Shown here piece after piece: positions 33,114-39,956 of a stretch of DNA of 39,956 bases. Location: the IMG/VR virus record IMGVR_UViG_3300028866_000012, positions 1 to 39,956 of that record; one strand, 5' to 3'. The position numbers were made by a program, and so were the translations under genes. The notes beneath the pieces are model-generated. The model was not told the origin of the DNA and did no database searches. It saw only the letters and a program-made list of their open reading frames with translations. The stretch comes from a virus (Duplodnaviria > Caudoviricetes). The stretch's first letter is position 1; each line of letters opens with the position of its first letter.

Positions 33114-33869
33114 CTACCAAGAACCGTAACGAGTCGGTACTTTACCTCGGTCTACGGCGCCACGGCGCAACTGGTTGCTGTCCTCGAAGCGGCTGCGCAT
33201 CAGCTCGGCCGATCCCAGGCGCCCCGATGATTCGTAGGCACGCATCGCCGCGTAGTACTTCACCCCGTTATGGAACGGAGATGGCAGGGCGTCGAAATCG
33301 CCATCCTTCCAGATCGGCCCGGCCGTGCAAAGACAGTCCCACTCCATCTCATTGGCGTTCTGCGGGACGGGGAACATCCAGACTTCGCCGGCCTCGCCGT
33401 CGTTGAATACCGTCCACACGATCGGATAGTTCGTCACCAGGATCTGATTGGACCGGCAGTAAGCCTGGAAATCCTCAAACGGCATCCAATCCAGGCTGGG
33501 CCTCACGGCCCCGCCCCATGAAACCGTCACCGAAATCACGTCGCAGATGCCGCGAAGGCCCTGATACTGCTCGTTGAGGTATTCGTTGGCGAATCCGATG
33601 TAGGGATAACGCTCCTGCCCGGCCACAGACTGAAACTGACTGCCTGGATCGGAATTGGGCCGCGCACCACCGGGAACGGCCACGTCGGGCGTGGCCACGC
33701 CACCGAATTCGGGCTGGCCCAAAATGAGACGGCGGCAACACCCCGTCAGGAGAGATGTCGCCGCCCTGGCCTCATTGATGTACTGAACGAGAGAAGTTTC
33801 GGTAACGAAAATTCCCTGCGGGTCTCTGATTAAGTCCCTGACTTCAAAGATGTATTTCGATAGGAGCAC
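33114..33869 (-). CDS. Head-tail adaptor protein
   Basis: LSKYIFEVRDLIRD...LVQYINEAR helical N-terminus; WMFPVP; DALPSPFHNGVKYYAAMRAY C-terminal helix. Lies between capsid genes and the nozzle. Confidence 0.65.
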   Translation of the reverse strand: MLLSKYIFEVRDLIRDPQGIFVTETSLVQYINEARAATSLLTGCCRRLILGQPEFGGVATPDVAVPGGARPNSDPGSQFQSVAGQERYPYIGFANEYLNEQYQGLRGICDVISVTVSWGGAVRPSLDWMPFEDFQAYCRSNQILVTNYPIVWTVFNDGEAGEVWMFPVPQNANEMEWDCLCTAGPIWKDGDFDALPSPFHNGVKYYAAMRAYESSGRLGSAELMRSRFEDSNQLRRGAVDRGKVPTRYGSW

Positions 33870-33879
33870 ACAAGCCCAC

Positions 33880-34977
33880 CTAGCCCGCCTGCATCCAGAG
33901 GAAATCGGACACGCCGCCAACGCCGAGCGTCAGAGTGGCAACGGTCGAGGTCGAGCCGGTGAGAACGCCGCCATAAATCGCGATCTGCATGTTGTTCGTG
34001 GCGTTCGCCGCCGAAGCAATATGCCCACCGTCCACCAGCGTCTGCCCCGTCGCCGTAATGGCGTTGGAACTGAGCGCCGCGTTGATCACCGGCGAGCGGC
34101 CACGGAAGAAGGACGCCTGCGAGTTCGGGTTGGTATAAGCCGGCGCGATTGTCGGCGCACCGAAACCGATCGTGCCAACCTGCGCCCAAACCGAGTAGCC
34201 AAGACCGCCGGCCGTGACGGCATAGGATGTCACCGTCCAGTCCATGATGATCGTGGCCGCGGCTGACGAGCCGCCACCACCGGAGAACGTCAGCGCCGGA
34301 ACGGTCTGCGAGGTGATCGGCAGGCCGTGATTGGTGCAAATGACGGCGTTCACCGTCTGGCTGCCCGTCAGCGACACCGTAACCATACCGCCGGAACCCG
34401 TGGTGTCGCGCGGATCGTTCAGCACCGACACGGTCGGCGCCGTCAGATAGCCCGCACCCTGGTTTAAGATGGTGGCGGAGGAAATCGAGCCCGACGTGAG
34501 CGTGGTATAGCCGGTCGCGGGAATGCCTGGCGAGCCAGGAGCGCCAATCACCAGCAGCGGCGGATAAACGTAGTTGGAGCCGCCAAGGACCACGGTTGCC
34601 GTCGTGCTGACGACTTGACCCATGATCGCGACCCAGGAGCTTGACCCAGCCGCCGCCGTGATCGTCGGCGCCGAGGTGTAGCCCGTGCCGGCATTCGACA
34701 GCACCGCGGCAACCGGGCAACCCGTCTGGTTGGCGATGCGGTAGTTTCCGCCGTCCGAGTCCACCTGAACAAAGTTGCCCTCGAAGCCGTCGTTGGCAAT
34801 CGGGCGCCACACCGTCATCACCGGATCGTAGACCTGAATGCTCGAGTACGGCCCGTGCGCGATGTTGAAGTAGCCGGGCGGGATGTACATCACCTCGCCG
34901 GCCTGAAGCGTGAAGTTGTTGGTGCCTAGCTGATTCAGCGGGAGCGTAATGCCTACGCCACCATAACGATTTGGCAT
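33880..34977 (-). CDS. Putative virion structural (decoration-type) protein with G.GY..AP repeats
   Basis: Directly after the MCP; NAGTGYTSAPTI, GGSNYVYPP, QGAGYLTAPTV, GGLGYS. Confidence 0.6.
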   Translation of the reverse strand: MPNRYGGVGITLPLNQLGTNNFTLQAGEVMYIPPGYFNIAHGPYSSIQVYDPVMTVWRPIANDGFEGNFVQVDSDGGNYRIANQTGCPVAAVLSNAGTGYTSAPTITAAAGSSSWVAIMGQVVSTTATVVLGGSNYVYPPLLVIGAPGSPGIPATGYTTLTSGSISSATILNQGAGYLTAPTVSVLNDPRDTTGSGGMVTVSLTGSQTVNAVICTNHGLPITSQTVPALTFSGGGGSSAAATIIMDWTVTSYAVTAGGLGYSVWAQVGTIGFGAPTIAPAYTNPNSQASFFRGRSPVINAALSSNAITATGQTLVDGGHIASAANATNNMQIAIYGGVLTGSTSTVATLTLGVGGVSDFLWMQAG

Positions 34978-34989
34978 GTCGGGGTTCCC

Positions 34990-36084
34990 TTAGACCAGTG
35001 GAGCGCCAGCGAAGGCGGTAGCAGAGGCGATTGCCGGCGGCGGCGGCGGTCCGCCCACCCAGCCAGGAGACTGGAGGCCGGTGAAGTGCGCACCCGAAGA
35101 CGGCTTCATGCAGCACATGTTGAGCGCGGCAACGAGGACGCCGATCGAGGCCAACTGCCCTTGCGGAATCATAGATTCAAAGCCAGTAAAATACATCTGC
35201 AACGAAGGGTGCATGAACATCGCGAGATAGCGCGAGTTGATCATGTACATCTCACCGACCGGACAGAATGGGTCCGAGAAAATCGGCGTGTCGAGCACCC
35301 GGATCGCGCGGAAGCCGGCGTTCACCACATCACCCCGGCCATAGCGGCTGCGCGGATCGGTGTTGAAAATCTCGGCGCCCATGAAGTCGGCCATCAGCGT
35401 GGCCCAGTTCACCGGGTTCATGATAATGAAGTCGGGTGACTCGCCGCCCGCGCCCGTCTGAACCTTCACCAGGGCCTGAGCGATGCCCAGGCGGTTCGAT
35501 ATCGTCGCCGAGTTCGGGTAAAACTGACCCTGCCAGTAGCCGTTGGTACGGGCGATGCCCCCATACGTCGCGGTGTTTGTGCCGTTATCGTATGCGCCAA
35601 CTAGAGAATCTAGAGCTAGAGTATTCTGAGTATATGAATACAGAGAAGTAGCAAGCGACTGCTTCATAACGACTGCGGCGTCCGATGTCACCGCCCGAAG
35701 CTTGGGAATAACGACTTCAGAAGACTGGATTATACTCTCAAACCCGAAGAAGCCGATCGGAACCATGCCGGCCTTGAGGTTGAACTGAGCGTTGTTCAGT
35801 GCGACCTGATCCTGCGGGATCTGAAAGTCACCGCCGAAGCCGCCCCACTGGAACGACACGAAGCTCGATCCCTGAACCGGGAAGGTGATCTGCCCGACAC
35901 CGCCCATGGCCGCTTGGGTATTCGCCAGCAGCAGCGACAGCAGCGGATGCGCCTGGTAGACCTGCACGAACACGGTCGGGATGATCGCCCGGCGCGTGAT
36001 GTAGGAAAGCTGCTGGCCGGTTAGACCGCCAGGAACCATGCCGCCACTGCTGGGGCCGGTAAATTGGGTTATTGAACCTGACAT
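34990..36084 (-). CDS. Major capsid protein (HK97-fold expected)
   Basis: 364 aa after a scaffold-like gene; GGIART, PDFIIMNPVNWATL, GFRAIRVLDTPIFSDPFCP.GEMYMIN. The call rests on position and general motif pattern. Confidence 0.8.
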   Translation of the reverse strand: MSGSITQFTGPSSGGMVPGGLTGQQLSYITRRAIIPTVFVQVYQAHPLLSLLLANTQAAMGGVGQITFPVQGSSFVSFQWGGFGGDFQIPQDQVALNNAQFNLKAGMVPIGFFGFESIIQSSEVVIPKLRAVTSDAAVVMKQSLATSLYSYTQNTLALDSLVGAYDNGTNTATYGGIARTNGYWQGQFYPNSATISNRLGIAQALVKVQTGAGGESPDFIIMNPVNWATLMADFMGAEIFNTDPRSRYGRGDVVNAGFRAIRVLDTPIFSDPFCPVGEMYMINSRYLAMFMHPSLQMYFTGFESMIPQGQLASIGVLVAALNMCCMKPSSGAHFTGLQSPGWVGGPPPPPAIASATAFAGAPLV

Positions 36085-36097
36085 CTACCGGGTTCTC

Positions 36098-36691
36098 CTA
36101 AGCGCCACCGAGACGGGTGAATTCTGGGTCACGGACGATCGAGCGCAGCTCGGCGGTGAGCCACTGATCGGGGCTTTTGTGCAAAGCCGCCCACGTCTCG
36201 TCCTTCGAGGCGGTGCCGAACGGATCAACCGTGCTTGGCAGGTAGTCATATCCAGCGGCGGGTGCCGGCTTGGGCACGCTCTCGGCCACCCACGCGGCGG
36301 CAGCCTCGACATCCGGATTGTTGTTCGCGCGCATGCGGTCCATGACGCGCTGCATCGCGTCGTCCGACAGCCCGCGCTTGGATTTCACAGCCTCCATGCG
36401 AGCCAGCAGCTCATCTTCGTGCCGCTTGGTCTCCCGCTTGGCCTCGGCGGCCTCACGGGCGTTCCACTTTTCCTCCAGCGCAGCCACGCGGGCGCGCTCT
36501 TTCTCCAGCTCACCCATCACCGGGCCAAGAACGGCCTCGCGCTGCTGGCGATAGGGAAATTCAGCCTGCGGGTTGAGTGTCTGGATCAGCTTCTCAGCTT
36601 CCGGCGCCGTGCGCGGATCACCGAGAAGTTGATTGAGCAACTGAACGCTCTGCTGGGCGATCTGTGCCGGGGTTCTGGCGTCACTCACCAA
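36098..36691 (-). CDS. Putative scaffolding protein
   Basis: Charged coiled-coil of 197 aa immediately upstream of the MCP. Confidence 0.6.
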   Translation of the reverse strand: MVSDARTPAQIAQQSVQLLNQLLGDPRTAPEAEKLIQTLNPQAEFPYRQQREAVLGPVMGELEKERARVAALEEKWNAREAAEAKRETKRHEDELLARMEAVKSKRGLSDDAMQRVMDRMRANNNPDVEAAAAWVAESVPKPAPAAGYDYLPSTVDPFGTASKDETWAALHKSPDQWLTAELRSIVRDPEFTRLGGA

Positions 36692-36898
36692 TTAGGCTTT
36701 CGTCGGCGACTTGCCGGTGTGCTCGATCGAACCGACGCCAGACTTGAAGCCGGGCATGGACGCCGCGTTAGCGCCGATGTCCATCATCGTGAACGGAACG
36801 CGCTTCATCAGCGGATCGTCCATGTTGATCGTCGTCACGTACGGAGCGAACGGGCTAGATCCGCCGCCTGGGGCGTTGCTGGTATTGGAACTCGCCAT
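36692..36898 (-). CDS. Hypothetical protein (68 aa)
   Basis: AGGAGAA RBS; fills the gap exactly. Confidence 0.7.
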   Translation of the reverse strand: MASSNTSNAPGGGSSPFAPYVTTINMDDPLMKRVPFTMMDIGANAASMPGFKSGVGSIEHTGKSPTKA

Positions 36899-36908
36899 GG
36901 GTGTTCTC

Positions 36909-37346
36909 CTACATTCCGGGTGGTGGAGCGCCGCCGGGCGGCGCCATCGCGGGGCCGGCGTTGGGTGGAGCTGGCATTGGGCCGCCGGGCTGGCCGCCCT
37001 GCTGACGCATCTGCATCAGGTGCTGAACAAGCATCTGGGCTTGTTCCTGCTTGGAGGCGACATCGCGGAATTCGCCGACCAGCTTCGTCAGATCGGTGGC
37101 GATCTTGAGCACCTTCTGGTGCATGTCAGACCCCATCGGCACGGACGGGATCGCCTTGCCGATCAGATCAGCGGCCTGCGTCAACTTGACCAGCGCCTCT
37201 TTGGAATTGCCGGGATTGTTCTGCGGGATGGTATGCGGGCCAACATTGGCCGGCGGAGCGCCTGGCATACCCTGACCACCGGGCGCGGGCATGCCGGGAG
37301 GTAACCCCCCGCCAGGTACGCCCATCGGCATCGGTGCCAAACCCAC
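36909..37346 (-). CDS. Pro/Gly/Met/Gln-rich head-region protein
   Basis: GGAGG RBS before GTG; low-complexity termini flank a helical hairpin. Confidence 0.7.
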   Translation of the reverse strand: MGLAPMPMGVPGGGLPPGMPAPGGQGMPGAPPANVGPHTIPQNNPGNSKEALVKLTQAADLIGKAIPSVPMGSDMHQKVLKIATDLTKLVGEFRDVASKQEQAQMLVQHLMQMRQQGGQPGGPMPAPPNAGPAMAPPGGAPPPGM

Positions 37347-37359
37347 TCAAACCTCCAGA

Positions 37360-37391
37360 GAAGTGGCGCCGCTGCTGGCGGCGCCAGCTTC
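37360..37391. other. GC-rich hairpin between the 12-aa ORF and the next RBS
   Basis: GAAG-TGGCGCCGC-TGCTG-GCGGCGCCA-G-CTTC. There is no U-tract, so it is not called a terminator. Confidence 0.6.
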
Positions 37392-37393
37392 GA

Positions 37394-37432
37394 TCACCGC
37401 TTGTGTTTGCGGCCGCGCCGAAAACGAATCAT
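37394..37432 (-). CDS. 12-aa basic peptide MIRFRRGRKHKR
   Basis: GAAGGAGAAACCCT-ATG is a strong RBS with normal spacing; TGA at 37396-37394. Confidence 0.6.
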   Translation of the reverse strand: MIRFRRGRKHKR

Positions 37433-37475
37433 AGGGTTTCTCCTTCAAAGCACCCCCAGAGCTACCCACGGGGGA

Positions 37476-37640
37476 TCTCAGGGCCTGAGACACGCGACTC
37501 TTAACCTATGGAAACGATGAAGGTCAAGGAACGTCAGCAGTACTGACCTAATTTGCGGAAAAGAACAAACAACGCACAACGAACGAGCTCGATTGTGTCT
37601 GGAAATTCCTTGACGTTGGGATTGTGCAAGTCAATTCTGA
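37476..37640. promoter_or_regulatory. Divergent promoter region (capsid operon leftward, RTX-like gene rightward) with palindromes
   Basis: Minus strand TTGACC-N17-TTAAGA; plus strand TTGACG at 37610. Palindromes TCTCAGG-G-CCTGAGA (37476-37490) and GTCAG-N5-CTGAC (37533-37547). Confidence 0.45.
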
Positions 37641-37678
37641 TCTGCCAGAACGGCGAACCAGAACAGGAAACAATTTCT

Positions 37679-38380
37679 ATGACAGCCAAACCGAGCGTGC
37701 CGACCCCAACGCCCACCAGCGGCGAGTTCTACGTCTTCAACTCCTTCGGCGGCGAGGCCGAGGACGCTGGAACGCCCTACTCGGGGCCGGTTGCGAGCAT
37801 TCAGTCCGAGCTGGACCTGGGCGGGGCCGTCACAACGCAGGCCGGGGCGGCAGCCGAGCTGGCATCCGGACCGGGGCCTGGCTTTGCCGCCGGACAAAGC
37901 ACGCTGGATGTGTCGTCAGCGGCGACAACGCCGGATGTGTTCATTCTGGCGGGCGGCGGCTTCGATTTGTGCTCGATCAACACCTCAGCGGGCGGCGGCA
38001 ACAACATCCTGGACGCTGGGGCGGGGTCCGACTTCCTCACCGGCGGCTCGGGCGACAACCAGTTTTACCTCGACGCCCGCTCGCTGGTTCTGAACCAGTG
38101 GGACACCATTTCGGACGGGCACGCCGGCGACGGCATCACCTGCTGGGGCGTCACACCGCAGGATTTCGCCCTGACATGGCTCAATGGCCAGGGCGCGTCC
38201 GGCTATACGGGCCTGACCGGGGTTTTCACCGCCTTCGGGAAGCCAGAAGTCGGGGTGACGCTGTCCGGATACACCACCGCCGACCTGTCGAATGGCCGGC
38301 TGTCTGTGTCATACGGAAGCACGCCGACCACGAACGGGATTGCGGGGGCAGATTACTTCCACGTTAGCGTCGTCGCGTGA
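37679..38380 (+). CDS. RTX-like (GGxGxD) acidic beta-roll protein, probable moron
   Basis: AGGGFD, GGGNNILDAGAGSDFLTGGSGDNQFYLD nonapeptide-like repeats; WDTISD.HAGD. AGGA RBS before ATG 37679. Opposite strand to the flanking head genes; no signal peptide. Confidence 0.65.
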   Translation: MTAKPSVPTPTPTSGEFYVFNSFGGEAEDAGTPYSGPVASIQSELDLGGAVTTQAGAAAELASGPGPGFAAGQSTLDVSSAATTPDVFILAGGGFDLCSINTSAGGGNNILDAGAGSDFLTGGSGDNQFYLDARSLVLNQWDTISDGHAGDGITCWGVTPQDFALTWLNGQGASGYTGLTGVFTAFGKPEVGVTLSGYTTADLSNGRLSVSYGSTPTTNGIAGADYFHVSVVA

Positions 38381-38397
38381 TATAGGCGCCCCCGCTG

Positions 38398-38470
38398 GGC
38401 TGGTTATTCTCAAGTGGTTCAGAGAGCGGCGGAAGCGCCGTGCGTGTGGGTTCGAGTCCCACACCAGCCC
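38398..38470 (+). ncRNA. tRNA-like cloverleaf lacking a canonical anticodon loop
   Basis: Acceptor GGCTGGT/ACCAGCC; D arm TCTC-AAGTGGTTCA-GAGA; CGGCG-GAAG-CGCCG; T arm GTGGG-TTCGAGT-CCCAC; no encoded CCA. Confidence 0.7.
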
Positions 38471-38489
38471 GGCGGCCCGGCCATGCCCG

Positions 38490-39956
38490 TTACTTCTTAT
38501 GATGCTTTTCAAGCAGCTCCGGGTGCGCCTGCAACAACGCAGCGGTCTCGATTTCCTTCCGCTCAGCATCCTCGACCAGCTCATCCTGCATCGGTGCGCC
38601 GATGATCTGAGCAACCCGCTTCGGTGAAGCGGCGCCGATTTTAGCCAAGGCGAACGCCAGCTCCCTGATGTCGTGCGAGAACGCCGGGCTGGACGAATGG
38701 CTGTCCACGCTGACTTTCGTGTTGTCCAACATGTTTGAGTAAGTGAACGTTATCGGCTGCATGCCCTTGACCGGCGGCTCAAGGGACGGGTCCGGCTCGA
38801 TGTCCGTTTGAATGGACTGCTCGTTCGGCATCACCCATGCCGTCAGCCGCTGACTGCTCTTGGCGCGCAAGAGGTCGAAAATCACCCCGCCCGCGCACTC
38901 AACAGAACGCTCTATTTTAAGGGCCGCATCTAAGTGCCGTGCCGCACCCTGCCGCACCAAGGTGTCTGACTGCCCCTGGCTGCGTACCGACCCCTCGCCT
39001 TCTCCCCGCATGATCGGGGGGAACCCACCGATGGTGTCGAACATTCCATTGATCTCGGCGAACGATTTCCAGATGTCGGGCGGCACCTGATCGGCAAGCT
39101 TCTCGACTTTCGCGCTGGGGTTGCCGTCTGTGAAATATCCGCCCGGCTTGTTCAGCTTGGCATAGGCGTTCTGGTTGATCGACGTGCTGCCGGTGAAGAA
39201 CCGGGCCGGGTCTTCCTGCATCCGCAGCATCCGGTTGATGCCGTCAATGCGGTTGTTCAGGGATCGCTGGAGCAGGGCCACGAGGCTAACGAAGCTCACC
39301 CCCCAGAAATAGCCGTCCAGCGGCAGGGCGCAGTATTCAACGAAGCCGTGCTGGCCCCTCAGCGGGTTGTCCTCGTTGTAAACCCCCCGCTGGGTGTCAG
39401 ACCCCTGGGCGAAGGCGTTGAACAGGACATCTTCGCCAAACACGATCTGCTCGCCGAGCATGGTGACCGTTGCCCAGTCATCCTGGGCGTTGTTCCACAT
39501 CCAGACTTCCTCCAGCGGCACGAGCTGGTCGACAACGGCGGACTGCATCGCCGGCTGGGGGGCGAACAGGTGGGTTACGGTGCCGCCGCCGGTGGCCGGC
39601 GAGCTGCCGCCCGCCTGGAACGGGTAAAGGCCGCCAACGATAATCTGTTTGAGCGTGCCGTTGTTGTCCTCCCCGCCGCGGTTTTTCGTCTGGAGGTTGT
39701 CGGCTGCCTTCATCAGCGCCGCCTGCTTGGCCGGCGGCAGTCCGGAAATGATCTGGCGAAACCGGCTGCGCGTCGGGAACGTCGAGTGAATGAACGCTTC
39801 CTGGCGGGCCAGGCTGGAGACGTTCTCATTGTAGACGCCAAATGATTCGGGCTGGATCAGCCAGCTCTCGAAGCCGCCCCGCGACCACAGAAGCTGCTGT
39901 ATCGTCTTCCCCTTGACCAGGGACCAGAGGACGATGTCGCTGATATTGTCGTCGAT
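38490..39956 (-). CDS. Portal protein (5' end outside the window)
   Basis: The frame is open to base 39956 (at least 488 aa). YFWGVSFVSLVALLQRSLNNRIDGI and GFPPIMRGEGEGSVRS...T are podovirus-portal-like. Lies upstream of scaffold and MCP. Confidence 0.75.
   Translation of the reverse strand: MDDNISDIVLWSLVKGKTIQQLLWSRGGFESWLIQPESFGVYNENVSSLARQEAFIHSTFPTRSRFRQIISGLPPAKQAALMKAADNLQTKNRGGEDNNGTLKQIIVGGLYPFQAGGSSPATGGGTVTHLFAPQPAMQSAVVDQLVPLEEVWMWNNAQDDWATVTMLGEQIVFGEDVLFNAFAQGSDTQRGVYNEDNPLRGQHGFVEYCALPLDGYFWGVSFVSLVALLQRSLNNRIDGINRMLRMQEDPARFFTGSTSINQNAYAKLNKPGGYFTDGNPSAKVEKLADQVPPDIWKSFAEINGMFDTIGGFPPIMRGEGEGSVRSQGQSDTLVRQGAARHLDAALKIERSVECAGGVIFDLLRAKSSQRLTAWVMPNEQSIQTDIEPDPSLEPPVKGMQPITFTYSNMLDNTKVSVDSHSSSPAFSHDIRELAFALAKIGAASPKRVAQIIGAPMQDELVEDAERKEIETAALLQAHPELLEKHHKK

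Noticed and set aside
33830-35116. 428-aa alternative minus-strand ORF overlapping the post-capsid gene
   Set aside because: An Arg/His-rich off-frame reading of 33880-34977, which has the coherent repeat-containing sequence.
37501-37515. Full CtrA box (TTAA-N7-TTAA) at the capsid promoter
   Set aside because: Only one TTAA half is present; the second half reads AAAC.
9773-37547. Shared CAGTA loop in two short hairpins (9773-9789 and 37533-37547) as a hairpin-promoter motif
   Set aside because: The stems are unrelated and only 5-6 bp, and two instances of a 5-mer are compatible with chance.
38398-38470. Functional decoding tRNA or attP site
   Set aside because: No 7-nt anticodon loop, U33 or CCA, so no amino acid can be assigned. 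No integrase or duplicated att core is visible in the window.

Overview
This window is a continuous piece of a GC-rich tailed phage or prophage genome with podovirus-type architecture; both ends cut through genes. The host is probably an alphaproteobacterium, based on a GcrA-like regulator. The left end (minus strand) holds a DnaB N-terminus, GcrA-like, RusA-like and Cro-like genes. A short plus-strand operon follows, with Gp157-like, ERF, secreted GH16-like and secreted Gly-rich genes. Most of 5.5-40 kb is a minus-strand late region: portal, scaffold, major capsid protein, adaptor, tail nozzle, ejection proteins, tailspikes and lysis genes. The most unusual feature is nine tightly packed late genes that start with Sec-type signal peptides. 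They include fibre-like repeat proteins, a tandem KTSC-like protein and a ~1,390-aa esterase-GH5-GH26-SPRY enzyme. Other notable elements are a prodomain-less S53 peptidase inside the lysis cluster, a GH108 endolysin with an altered catalytic motif, a 12-aa basic peptide heading the capsid operon, an inverted RTX-like gene, and a tRNA-like fold with no usable anticodon loop. All family calls come from motif recognition by eye, not database searches. Several start codons were re-chosen relative to the supplied ORF track.
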